A stretch of DNA of 63,453 bases, filler included, from Octopus bimaculoides (taxonomy: Eukaryota): the NCBI RefSeq assembly GCF_001194135.2. It is 5 parts of 5 records of this genome, joined end to end, with 100 filler letters (N's around TTAATTAATTAA, not from the genome) between each part and the next. Parts side by side here need not be neighbours in the genome. Positions count along the whole stretch, not along the records: positions 1 to 26,719 come from NC_068987.1; 4 more parts are not named here. One strand, written 5' to 3'. Both the position numbers and the translations under genes were made by a program. Each line of letters starts with the position of its first letter. The first letter of the stretch is position 1. Positions 1-12,935 of the stretch are shown here, in pieces. The notes below the pieces were generated by a model, which saw only the letters and a program-made list of their open reading frames with translations, had not been told where the DNA came from and made no database searches.

Positions 1-98
1 TAAATATATATATATATATACACACATGGATATATATGTATGCATATATATACATATCTACATATCCATAATGTAACTAGTTGTTATATATATAGCTC

Positions 99-205
99 TA
101 AGGTAAGAAGCTTGCTCCTCCACTACCTAGCAAGTATCTTTTACTAGCCTCCGGGTTAACCAAAGCCTTGTGAGTGGATTTGGTAGACAGAGGCTGAAGG
201 ATACC
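99..205 (+). mobile_element. SINE family A, degenerate 5' head/core fragment
   Basis: ggtaagaagcttgct...ccaaagccttgtgagtggatttggtagac matches the head of the full copy at 29587-29981. Confidence 0.75.
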
Positions 206-253
206 TATGGTATACACACACACACACACACATACACATACACGTATATCAAT

Positions 254-627
254 GGAAAAAATAACAGATGTTTCATCTATTTCTGCGAAAATGCATTACT
301 TCATAGTAAAAAAAAAAACCGTATCCATGAGATGATCCATATAATTTCAAAGCAATACAAGGCCAACCCATTCGCGCATTGGGAGCTCGTCTATTCACCA
401 GCCGAAGCTGAACTTGAAGCTGGATTTGAGCGAAAGCCATCTTCGTTGGCGAATAGTCGAGTTCCCACTGCGCGCAGGGTTTGGTCTATTGACTTAAAAT
501 TTTATGGGTCATCTGATAGGTTTTTTTTTTTTTGAATTCTGATGTCATGTTCTCAGTCATCAAATAAAGATGTGCGTATGAAACAGCTGTAATGAAGTGA
601 CATTTATCCATCGTCTGTTACTTTTTC
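254..627. repeat. Long imperfect inverted repeat (foldback/MITE-like)
   Basis: Arm 331-407 is the approximate reverse complement of arm 441-513, around a 33-nt spacer. Patchy pairing extends out to about 254/627. Confidence 0.75.
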
Positions 628-929
628 TTTGCTAATAATAAACCAAAGGGATTTTCAACCTGTCGGACTTCGTAGAGTGTACCGAACATTGTGTGATTTA
701 CACAACGAGCGATTTGGACGAGCTCCTAGGCGTTGAATACACGTAGCGGTAGATTTTCTATGTGTACACATCCTGAATATCTCACTAGATTACTTCAGTA
801 CCCAGTAAACTGATGCGACAAAATGTGGTGCTTATAGGGTAAATTAGACCAACCTAATGCATACAATTTATGTACCCGATTCTCTCCAGAATCCTTTATA
901 TATATACACATATATGAGTCTATATCTAT

Positions 930-1150
930 GCGTGTGTCTTTGTGTCAGTGCTTGTCCGTCCCCCATCATCGCTTGACAACAGTATATTGGTGTATTTATA
1001 TCCCTCTAACTTAGCGGTTCAGCAAAGTAGCCGATAGAACAAATATTTCGCTTTAAAATAAGTCACGGGGTCGAATTGTTCGACAAAATCTTCTTAGGGT
1101 GGTGCACCAGCAGGTCCGCTATCAAATGACTGAAACAACTAAAAAAATAA
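930..1150 (+). mobile_element. SINE family A, 3' tail
   Basis: catcgcttgacaac...aacttagcggttc...aaatgactgaaaca is a diverged match to 29790-29981. Confidence 0.75.
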
Positions 1151-1206
1151 CAGAATGTATATATATATATCTACACCTACCTACCTACATACATACNNNN
1201 NNNNNN

Positions 1207-1238
<32 letters not shown>

Positions 1239-1402
1239 GGGAATGTATAAATATAAAATTATTAACGATGGTATAAAGTAGTTTCCGATGTTGATGATCC
1301 TTAATCCTTTATTCGTTTCAGTCATTAGTCTACGGCCATACTGGTGCACGGCCTTGAAGAGTTTTTAGTCGAACGAATCGAAGTGCTTCATTGTCATCAT
1401 CA

Positions 1403-1497
1403 GGATGATGATGATGATGACGATAATACAGTTTATTGTAGTAGTAGTAGTAGTAGTAGTAGATGAATGATAATAACAGTAATAATAGACAGAAGAT

Positions 1498-1528
<31 letters not shown>

Positions 1529-1580
1529 AAGAAGAAGAAGAAGAAGAACCACCACCACCACCACAACAACAACAGCAACA
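1403..1580. repeat. Compound trinucleotide microsatellite (GAT/GTA/GAA/ACC/ACA)
   Basis: Seen directly. It explains the poly-R/T/F/Y ORFs at 1330-1923 and 1467-1820. Confidence 0.95.
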
Positions 1581-2325
1581 ATAAATTTACCAATAAACAT
1601 GAATAAGAAAATAAGTAAGAACGAGAAAGAAAGGGAAAGTAAAAAAAAAAGATTAGAAGTAGAAAGAATGAATATAAGAATGAAAGAGACAAAGAAACGA
1701 TATTGTATGAGTATGTATGTGTTATATGTAAGAGTACAATTGTGTGCTTGTGTGTGTGTTTGTGTGAGGGCTTGTACGATAGAGACATTTTACTATCCAA
1801 GTCTTCAGAGAGATTTCTGAATAAAAGGTAACAACGGCCATTGTTCCAATAATTTGGCTTTGATATTCCTGGAAGTCTTTCATGTGCTTCGGTCTGAAAT
1901 AGGGAAAAAAGAAATAAAAACAAAAAAAATCAGAAATTAAAAGCCAAAAGATGAAGAACATAAAGAAACATAGAATAAAGGAAATGTTAATATAATGGAA
2001 GGGTTGGAAAATTATCAACTACGAAGGAAGACATATAGCGTTAGATTCACACACACACACAGCCACACACACACACACACACGCACACACACACACAAAC
2101 ACACGTACACAAACACGCACACACACACACACATGTACACACACACACACACGCTCAAATACACGCACAAACAAAGCTATTACGTATATATGTGTATGTA
2201 TCTATAAACACACACAAACATACAAATATACATATATANNNNNNNNNNNNNNNNNNNNNNNNNNNNNNNNNNNNNNNNNNNNNNNNNNNNNNNNNNNNNN
2301 NNNNNNNNNNNNNNNNNNNNNNNNN

Positions 2326-2373
<48 letters not shown>

Positions 2374-2726
2374 TGTATGTATGTATGTAGATGGAGTGCC
2401 TCATTATGAAGCCCTTGTGCAAATTTAAATCTGTGTATTTTTAGTTCAATGAATAGGAGAATTAATCTGTGAAAATAATAAGTGAAAGAAGAAAGATTGT
2501 ATAAAGTTTTTAAAGAGATTATACTTGAGATTGTTAGTTTTCATTGTAACCGCAGGAATTACGTCTACAAAACCGTTCTAGAAATATGTTTTGCAGCTGG
2601 TTATTATATTATACTTTGAATAGCGCTATCCTAGCCCAAAATTCATCTGTAGGAAGCTGTGTAATTAAAGAAATCGCACTCTTTCTATTTTGGTCGTAAT
2701 ATGATGATTAATTAATTTATTGATGC

Positions 2727-2728
<2 letters not shown>

Positions 2729-2800
<72 letters not shown>
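2729..2800. repeat. (TTA)n microsatellite
   Basis: Seen directly. Confidence 0.95.
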
Positions 2801-2801
<1 letters not shown>

Positions 2802-2811
2802 CGTTGCGTCA

Positions 2812-3010
2812 TGACGAACTGGAAGAATCGTTAGCACGCTCAGCGGCATTTCGTCCCTCAGCACATTCTGAGTTCGAAATCTGCCGAGGTCGACTCTGTG
2901 TTACATCCTTTCAGGGGTCGATAAATAAAGTACCAGTTGAACACTGGATTCGATGTAATCGTCTAGCTCCTTCCCCTAATATTTCTGACCTTGCGCCAAC
3001 ATTTTGAAAC
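2812..3010 (+). mobile_element. SINE family B copy
   Basis: gttagcacgc...ttctgagttcgaaat...gaggtcgact...catcctttcaggggtcgataaat...gtaccag matches copies at 42905-43330. Confidence 0.8.
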
Positions 3011-3019
3011 AATTTTTAT

Positions 3020-3672
3020 CATTGTTCGGCCGAGTCTGTAGTGATAATCGCACCGCCGCTCTCCTTCAACCGCTAAGCAAGGCAGTTTTCTTTGCCTGGT
3101 GGCCGTGGCGAAAGAGGTTGTTTGGTGGACAAGTCTGAAAGGCATGAGATCAGATACATTCTTATTTGGTAAAGTTCTCATTGACTTCTTCAAGTTTCAC
3201 TTGAAAAGAAAATTGAGAGTGGAGAGGGAAGTGCTGTTCTAGAGTGAGTTTATTGAATGTTGGACTACAGTTGCGAAAAGGGCAATAGTGGATGGTACAT
3301 CTCTAAGTGTAGATCTGTGAATCAGAGACAAAGAATAGCAGTGGGAACTTGCTCCTGAGATCCCAAAGAAATTTCGGACAGTGGGATTCCTCTATTATCC
3401 CTAGAGGCCATCCTGTATTAGGACAGCCACATCTCTATCATCTGACCCACCATTTTTTAAAAACCTTTGTACGCTATACATATGTCCCTTCTTTTTCAAT
3501 GTATGCCATGTATTTATTTGCTTCTTTTTGTCTTTCTCTTTTTCTTTCTTTCCTTCATTCTTTTTGTCATTTCATTATATGTAAACCCCCACACTTTATG
3601 TCCGTCTTTGTATTGTCCCCCTCATCCTTCGCTCTTGTGGCAAATAAATGAAATCATTATTATTATTATTAT
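3020..3672 (+). mobile_element. Tx1/L1-clade LINE 3' end (ORF2 C-terminus, 3' UTR, TAT tail)
   Basis: Translates as FLCLVAVAKEVVWWTSLKG...FFKFHLKRKLRVEREVL*SEFIECW..., similar to Tx1 ORF2 C-termini. Ends aataaa...(tat)n. Confidence 0.6.
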
Positions 3673-3994
3673 AAACATCACACAGTTTACAATATCGTGA
3701 GGTTGTTCATTGAAGATATCGTGTCTACCGGGAGCTTTGTATTGTTTGTCAAGTCACAACAACGACCTCAGACAAAAAGTACTTTACGCAATATGCGTGC
3801 AGTTCCAAGTAATGCCGACTTTTGCAGTACGTCTAATTTGTAGAGCATTTTTAAAGTTTTCAGATTTTAATTTTTTTCAGATTGGGTATTATTACACCCA
3901 ATGCTCCCAAGACAATAGGGATAACCTTTATATTTCACTCTCTGAGTGACTGAGAAATCATTCTCATGTCATTACATAAAATTAACTCGACAGA

Positions 3995-4335
3995 TGACTA
4001 AGCACATTGGTGCATTTTTAACAACACTGCGTTACGAAGGAATAGTAATAATAATTTTATACCAACTCAGTGAAATATATACCACACAAGTGCAACGGAC
4101 CTCTGCAGAGTGTGTGGAAAGAGAGTCGAATGCGAGACTCACGTTGTTAATACTTGTGAAAGTCTTGCACAGAAAGAGTATAAGCGTAGACAAGACAAAC
4201 TAGCCCAAAACCTCCAGTGGCTACAATGTCATAAGTATCGATATGAGGTTACGGGAGTTTGGGACCATCATACACTGGATAAGGTAATGGACAAAAAGAG
4301 GAAGGCAAAAGTCTTCTGGGACTTTGACTTATATA
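3995..4335 (+). mobile_element. R4/Dong-type restriction-like-endonuclease LINE fragment
   Basis: CRVCGKRVECETHVVNTC (CCHC knuckle), then YKRRQDKLA (RHD-like motif) and KAKVFWDF. Confidence 0.75.
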
Positions 4336-4568
4336 TATACGCGGGGGTCATGAAAGGCTCATGTAGAAGAAAATACAGGAGGATCAGTTAATTATGATTT
4401 ATTTAGCAAATTCCCCTCTCAGATTCACAGTCACTCCAGCAGTTCTTCAATTTCTCTAAACCCTGTTAAAAAACTCGGAATGCTTGGTCTCCACCCAGGC
4501 ATTTGCGATACGCTTAAAGACAGGATATTTTCAGAATCACGTCTTCTACACACTCACACACACACATG

Positions 4569-4599
<31 letters not shown>

Positions 4600-4682
4600 G
4601 CACGCTCGCACGCACGCACGCACGCACACACACATATGTATATTTATATATAGGTATTTATTTTTACACTTATTGATGTTTG

Positions 4683-4722
<40 letters not shown>

Positions 4723-5489
4723 AACACAAATATGATTCCACGCCAGCCGTGTACCGGTACATCATCGGGTACATTGCTTCTAAGGTACTACTTGACGAAG
4801 TAATGGCCCATGGATTTTACCGAATCATATTTATTTATGTAGTTATATATACACGCATACGTACATATCTATGCACACACATATACGAGGTTTTACATGC
4901 CGTTAAAACTTGACAGTATTTACGAAGATTAATCTTGATCTGATACTAAAAATACATATGTGATTCAGTACTTATATATATGTACTATAGACAATACAAC
5001 ATATATCAGTAGGCTAGCTGCGGATCAAAGTTCATGTACAAAACGTAAAGCTTCGGTTCAAATAAAACAATGCCACATGCACTCATACACGCACAAAATA
5101 CCATTATGAAATGTTATACACTTAGTGCTCTTACGGTCAAGGGTTCTAGCATCGCAGTATAGAAATTCTATATGCTTTCACTACATATACGTGTTTGCGG
5201 TTGTATATCCCTGAAAGCTTTTTATTATTTTCATATACAAACTATCTATATTTGCAACATACGAACGGAATAAACCTTTCCGGCATTGTACAAGTGTATT
5301 TGTGAAGGCGCTTGTACTACTGATTAGGGATTTGCAATCTCAGATGCAAGATCGGACAGTGCGTTGTCTTCTTGGTCAAAAACACTTCATTTCACGATGG
5401 TGTGGTCCACTCATCTATAGAGATAAGTGATGTCTTTTTGTTCAAGAGGCGTGTTGAGCTGTGCGTTAATTATACATCATGGAACCCAG

Positions 5490-5580
5490 GGCGCATCCGT
5501 ACGGCGCATCCGTACGGCGCATCCGTACGGCGCATCCGTACGGCGCATCCGTACGGCGCATCCGTACAGCGCATCCGTAC
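5490..5580. repeat. 13-bp GC-rich minisatellite (GGCGCATCCGTAC)x7
   Basis: Six perfect units plus a final unit with G>A. Confidence 0.95.
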
Positions 5581-6543
5581 TAAGACTCGAGACAGTAAGG
5601 TCTAGAGGTTACCTATATATACGCATTGTGCGATGTATCATTCATAACACAAAATAAATAAGAAGTACATTCACTGAATCATTTATCTGAACATATTTGG
5701 CATTATAATCCTTCGTAGATTCTACTTCATAGTTTCACGCTTAATTAAGCAATTTATTTATTACGTTATTTATTACATGACAAATCTGTTTCCAATCTGA
5801 TTCCTTTGATCAACACAACATTCTATATACAACCTCAGTTTATTCTTACTTGCATTTTATATACATGCATACATACATACATACACACATACATTCATAA
5901 ACACACACACACATACACACACACACACACACATACACACACACACACACACACACNNNNNNNNNNNNNNNNNNNNNNNNNNNNNNNNNNNNNNNNNNNN
6001 NNNNNNNNNNNNNNNNNNNNNNNNNNNNNNNNNNNNNNNNNNNNNNNNNNNNNNNNNNNNNNNNNNNNNNNNNNNNNNNNNNNNNNNNNNNNNNNNNNNN
6101 NNNNNNNNNNNNNNNNNNNNNNNNNNNNCTCTTATATATATATATATATGAGGGATATATATATATATATACATACACACATATATATTACTCTTTTACT
6201 CATTTCAGCCATGCGGCCGTGTTCATGCTGTTCATGGTCTTTCTGACTTCCTCAGTCAGGGACTTTCACATCACCACTCCTGTATGCGCCTTTGTCCAAG
6301 CTGTTGGCCCATTTGGTGTATAAGGGGGTATGGGGAGTGCGTGTATTATCTGTATTAACAGAGGATACAGATAATACAGGTACTCCACATACACACAAAT
6401 GCACTTACAAAACATAGACAAACAATAAACACACATAGAGGGATACGCATGCGCAAATGTACACACATACAATAGGAATACAAAATACAAAATGGGTGAT
6501 CGTTAGCAAGGCGGGACACACATATAAGAAAGAAGAAAACAAA

Positions 6544-6588
6544 GGACCACTGATGATCTCACAGAAGTGTGACGAAAGAACTCTGGCC
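6544..6588 (+). ncRNA. Degenerate minimal type I hammerhead ribozyme-like motif
   Basis: ggacca-CTGATGA-t-ctcaca/gaag/tgtgac-GAAA-g-aa-c-TC-tggcc. Core motifs are in the right order, with a 5-bp stem II and a plausible stem I. Confidence 0.5.
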
Positions 6589-6693
6589 GAAATATGATTA
6601 ATGTAATGAAATATAAAGCTGAAGCAAATTAACATTAAATATACAGCGCGCGTGCTTTTATTGGCTAAACTGGCAACATGACCATCCCCAAAT

Positions 6694-6742
<49 letters not shown>

Positions 6743-6785
6743 CACAGATAACGAGATGTATTATAAAAGAACATCTAAATGTCAA

Positions 6786-7972
6786 TATGAGGGAGTGGTG
6801 GCTGAAACTTTCGTCGGTTGACTATGAAGGAGTGATGCTAGAGCTGTGAAATTTTGCATTCATTAATTTCAACCATTCTCATTAATATAAGTGCATTATT
6901 TCTTTCCAGATAAATTGATATTTGACTGTCTAAAGACGACTTGAAATGTAATTAGAAGCGACTTCTAATGAAAATGGAGAAAATTCGTCCTTGTTTTGTT
7001 TTACATACGTACAGAAAATGCTTTAGTCACCAAAGACATTCATACGGGCACGCTAACTATAGTAGGAGATGATACTCCAGCTTTCTGAAGAGTGCTAGAG
7101 AGGGAAAGTATATTTAGGAAGGGAAGAGAGAAACTTAATGATGACCAAAGATCTGGACATCCTGCGATTACCACCATCGAGGAAAACATTCATCGTGCAC
7201 AGTATATGAGGATGCATGACAGGCAATTCAATATAAATAAAACAGCCAATGCTACTTGCATATCTTTTGAGAGAGTTGAGAATATGAATATTCTGCACAA
7301 TGAAGTTGGCACGGCGTTGGCAGTAGATATTGTGACACCAGATCAAGAGCTCACCAGGCTGATTACGCCATGGGAAGATATGTTACTGTTTTAAACAGAT
7401 CCAGCTGGTTTCCTTGAAGGTTTCCGTACTCAGAGAGTGTGTCAGAGACAATTAGACAATCCATGCAGTGGAAACACTCCTTCTCACCTTCTCGAAAGAA
7501 CTTTCTGGGGTGAAAACAGCATTATGTTTATTGACAATCATTAAAGAAGTCACGCCATCAATGCAGAGTATTATGCCAAATTGCTGAGGCTGTTACGACT
7601 GGCTACCCAGACCAAATTCCCGTAACATTTACTAAAGTGATCCTGTCTTATCGGGACAAAGGTCCAGTACACAAGTCCTTGGTTTCAATGGCTGCTGTGC
7701 GTCCATGTGCGTTTGACCTGTCTGTTCTCCTAATTTGACCCCATCTGAATATCAGCTGTTCCTCAACCTCAAAGAGCAATTGGTCGGTGATCGGTATCAC
7801 AGTGATGACATAATATCTGCTGTTGCTAGTATTTTTGACATACAGCACTGCAACGTCGATGGAAGAAACGAATGAACTGCAAGGAGGAAAATGCTGAAGA
7901 AGAAATCTCATTTAGCCACTTTCCATAAAAGTATCCTGTTCAGCCTCTGGACCTTTCAGCCGACTCTCTTAC
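6786..7972 (+). mobile_element. Near full-length decayed mariner (Tc1/mariner)
   Basis: Starts MEKI. Contains FRKGREKLNDDQRSGHP (HTH region) and SPNLTPSEYQLF (YSPDLAPSD-like). Many stops and frameshifts; degenerate TIRs share gagt..ggctgaaa. Confidence 0.85.
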
Positions 7973-8461
7973 ACCTATATACATACAAATTTCAGTAGAT
8001 AGAGACTATGCAAAATCCTGTCACAGGGTCTGTACATATAATTCAAAGATCTACCCTCGAAACTTCATGCCACGCTGCTACTGAATGTGAACTACAGAAG
8101 TCTGTAAAATGGTCAGCAACATACCTGCGAATCGATAAACCTTGTCGTCTATTTTCTCGAAGAAGTCAACAATCGTGATAGGAAATCCTCAGTGAAAAGC
8201 CTATGCATTAAAGCACACAGATCGCATGCGCGCACTTGAATAGACGCAAAAACATACATATATATGTACAAATGTGTGTATACTGATGCATACATTTACA
8301 TATATGTGCACACGCACATATATATAATGTGTCTGTATTTGTGGTATGCATAGAAACACGTAGCTTCTGCTTTATTTATAAAATCTCTCTCTAGTATAGA
8401 AATAAGTCTCCAACACAACAGAAACAAGTCGTTCAACGTTATTTAGACAGCATCTACTGGA

Positions 8462-8509
<48 letters not shown>

Positions 8510-9450
8510 TATATGCACTTACATTCATAGCTTTATGTTATGACGTGTGTGAGAATATATTTACCAGAGGCTAAACTAAAATTCCGTACATAACTTTCAC
8601 AATTACTTTTACTCTTTTCTAATTGCAATTTCTTAATTAGTCTTGGTCTTTCTAATTTTAAGAAGCCTATATTAAGAAGTTTGTTGCTGGTGTAAAGAGT
8701 TACATAACCAATGCACTAATATTTACAGTTCCTAGATCTAAATTTATAACCCGTAAGCAATATATGCCATTTACGATGTGGAACATTCCTTCACCATTGC
8801 CACCGATGTCCTGCATTGGTTGCATTTCAGCTAAGTACTTCCGCTGCATCTTTACGTCCTTTGTGCATGGGATATTTTATGTCCTGTTCCTGCATCATAA
8901 AAACTCGTCTTTCACAGTGAATGAAAATACACTCTCTGTTAAAAGATTGTCTACTGTAGTTATTAGGTCTTAAATTATCACTACAAATATTTCATAGGGT
9001 TGACGTATATAACATTCCACTGTGATACATATGAAAATATGTATTAACAATAATTATTTTGTATATACGCACAAACACACATCCACATGTGAGTGCATGC
9101 ATGCACACACATACACACACACAAAGATATTCATATCTAAGTATATCCCTCTGTATATATAAAGTATATATCTGTACCTTTTGCCTTTAACTCGTTTCAC
9201 TCTGTCCACTGTAGCCATACTGGAGCATCACCTTGAAGGGTTAATTCGAAAGCATCACCCCAGTAAGTAGTACTCGTGCCCAGTACTTTTTCTATGAATA
9301 TCTTTTGCAGAACTCCTAAATTATGGGGACGTAAATTAACCAACACCAGTTTTCAAGAATGGGTGAGGGGCAAACAAAAAGGCTAAGACGCATCTATCTA
9401 TCTATGTATGTATGTATGTATCTATCTATGTATGTATGTATGTATGTATG

Positions 9451-9497
<47 letters not shown>

Positions 9498-9536
9498 ATA
9501 TATATATATATATNNNNNNNNNNGTATGTATGTATG

Positions 9537-9649
<113 letters not shown>

Positions 9650-11698
9650 CTATGCGCCAGAATCTGGAGCACGAGTTGCTTCAGTTTTCGTCTGACTATT
9701 CAATGGTTCTGAACTCAAGATATCATATCTGGAAACCAAGCATGCCTCCTCGTCACAGTGTCACATCTACGCTTATATATGTATACATGTCTATATATGT
9801 GTACATGTGTGTATCTATTAATAGAATTAGTGAAGGATTGTGTTTGTGTCCCTAGAGAAACAGAAGGGCAACCATAACGGACAGGATAATAAAGCAATGG
9901 AGGATATAGAATTCGAGAATGATTAAGCATTCAGAATACAGCAGTCCAGTGCATGTGCAGAAAGTTAAAATATGACGACAAGGGTGTTTATATTGATGTA
10001 TATATAAGTATGAATGTCAAGGTAAATTCTATATTATAAAGCCTGACTCTATGCGAACTAAGAATGTAATCACACTCTCTCTATGATATTGATGTGTTTT
10101 TGATCAAAATTAGTTTTCCGTAAAACTCCTGACAAGTGTAGAGGTGTCTCACAAAGTATATTATAAGGTTTACTCTCTAATATATGTCACGCAAATCAAA
10201 TAGAGAAACTGTTCACTCAAAACTAAAATCAATATCCCGAGGGAGTACTCCGTACTGGGTACTGCTGCCGGTGTGAGCTGCAGATGAATACACTGCTTAC
10301 AGTCATCATCCTCTGACTGATTGTGGTAAAATAAACAATCATTCCCTACTACATATATGTGTCTGTGAGTGAGTATGTGTTTGAGTGTGTGTATACTCTA
10401 CTGTCCGAAAACAACTGTAAAAAGCCAATAAAAATGCATGATAGAAATCGAACATAGATGTATAGCTCATAAAATATACATAAATGAAAAGCTGTTCCCC
10501 CTCTAAGCGAACACACACGCACACAGAAAAAAATAATATAAAATTGAGATATACATTGTTAATTCAAGAATTAAAATTGATTAACTACATATACTATATC
10601 ATGTTATACTCATATAATAATATTATATAATATAATTGATAATATATATATTAAACACAAATTACTTAAAACTGTTTCGAATCTTAACCATAATAAAATT
10701 ATAAAAATCCATTGTCTGTGTGTAAGAATCTCTTGAGTGTAATTTTTGAAACATGAGGTTTTACAGATTCAAGAAATGACTGAATTTAAATACATTTATG
10801 CTTGCAAGCGTGTGCGTTAATAATTAAAAAGAAAAAGAAAAATAAGAATTAAAAAATAAACTAATATAACGGTCACAAAATATATTTGTATACTATTAAT
10901 TATTTTAATCTCACTATATCTTAGCACATTCTTTCTTTTAAAATACTAGGAACAATGTTTAAAAAAAATATTTTTTCAAAATATTAAAAAAACATGGCGT
11001 AAAATATATATCCCTTTCATTCTTTCATATTATTAAAAAATACATGTTTTCATAATAACAATACGCTATTTATCCATGGGAAAATAGCAAAATAATACAT
11101 TTAAAATACTGTATCATCTCTATTTTAAATTACATTGCATTAATCATTTAAAATAATCATTATTAAAACTCAAAAATTAATAATTAAAAATTACGTAGTT
11201 TATATAAGAAAGACGTTTTCTAAAATATAACATCATAATAACGTTATTACCGTAGAAATAAAATAATCCCTGAAATAACCAGTTATCCAAAGCAAAACAA
11301 AACAAAAAAATCTTATCATAAGGACTTCAGAAATGCCATTTTGATAATAACTCATTTCCATATTAGAAAAGAGAATGCTAAAATTAAAGTTGAAATTACT
11401 CCATTTTTTAGAGGAAAAATCTCACCGTAAAGTTTATATGCTTTTATCCTTACAGAAGAATAGAAGAGACATAATTTCACAAAAAGTAATTTACAAAGTA
11501 TGTTTTTAATATGGTGTACAATATATATTATTTATGCAAGAATAATTTTTATCTATGCTAATTTTTAAATAAATAAAACTAATTTCTTATTTTCATTTTA
11601 AATCAATGTGTTTATAATTTAATAAATTCATAGTATAATGCTAGAAATATATAATATTTAGAATAGGCTCTACTTTAAAATTTTATATAAATTAATAT

Positions 11699-12935
11699 AT
11701 GAGGTCGTCAAGTATGAAATTTCTAGAAAGGAAAAAATCTTTGCTAATACCTTATAAATACAAGGAATAGTTTTATTCACTCCTATTGTCAATGCACTTT
11801 TGCTATTTCAGCGGTAGCTTGTCCAGTCCTGAACTGTAAAGGCTTGGCAATCTAGAGCCAATAAAATCTTGGAAGGCCTGTTTTACAGCATCATCGGAAT
11901 TTTTTTTTTCCTATCAAAAAGTTATCCAAATTCTGGAAGAAGTGGTAGTCAGTGAGAGCAAGATCATGTGAGTATGGTGGATGATGGAGAACTTTTAACT
12001 CCAAATCTTGTAGTTTCCCCATTGTCATTTTTGCCATGTCTAGACTGGCGTTGTCTTGCAATAAAATAGGAGTTGATCTGATGACTCACCTAAGCTGTTT
12101 GTTTTTTGTATTTTTTTTGTAGGTTTCTGAATCATTCGGTCTAGCTGGCTGCAGTATATTTCGGCCATGATTGATGAGCCAGGTTTAAGGAAATCATAAT
12201 GGATCACACGTACGCCAAACCACCAAACACACACCATCAATTTATTTTCATGAATTTTGTGTTTGAATTGTGTTTTGGTGGCTCGTATTTGTCCAACCAC
12301 TGTGCTGAACGTTTACGGTAGTTTTATTGGATACATTTTTCATCACATATTACAATTCGATTAAAAAATTATTCATTTTTGTGGTGAGAAAATAGCATAA
12401 TGCTGGTTTCCAAACGTTGCTGTTTCTGGTTTTCATTCAGTTCATGTGGAACCCACTTATTCGAACTTTTCACTTCACCGATTTGAACTAAGTGAATCAA
12501 TATTCACGGGTACTTTCAGATGGATTTAACTCGACGGTGGCTTTCAGTTCGTCATTATCCACCTTTGTTTCTGGTCGACTGCCTTGCGCATTTGTAAAGT
12601 CAAAGTTACCAGAACGAAATTTTCCAAACCAATTTGATACTGTCTGCTGTGTAATTAGAATGGAATACTCCCTCTATATTCTGAACTGTCTGTGATGCTG
12701 TATTTCCAAGAAAGAACTCATATTCCAAAACTGTATGAATTCCCAACTTATCCATCTCTAAACAAAAATAGCAAAAACCGATTTATAAATAATTTATAAT
12801 GCACAAAATGAGTTAGAATAAAGAAATAGATGTGTAAGCCTTCTAACAAAGAATAAAGATTGTCAAAATATAATAATGAGCAGCAGTCAAAGTTTACCAT
12901 ATACCTTGCTAGAAATTTCATACTTGAAGTACTAT
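11699..12935 (-). mobile_element. Full-length decayed mariner with recognisable TIRs
   Basis: ATG near 12756. Motifs IVICDEK, VCVWW..VIHYDFL, LLQDNA and HPPYSHDLALTDYHFF. TIR core tcaagtatgaaatttctag is inverted at about 11709-11727 and 12909-12927. Confidence 0.9.

Noticed and set aside
8755-8900. GPCR TM7/helix-8-like wording (TDVLHWLHFS; SAKYFRCIF) in alternating frames
   Set aside because: Needs frameshifts, has no NPxxY motif, and no other transmembrane segments are nearby.
11242-11429. 62-codon stop-free frame in very AT-rich DNA
   Set aside because: No ATG, and a rough estimate suggests about one or two such frames are expected by chance in this block.
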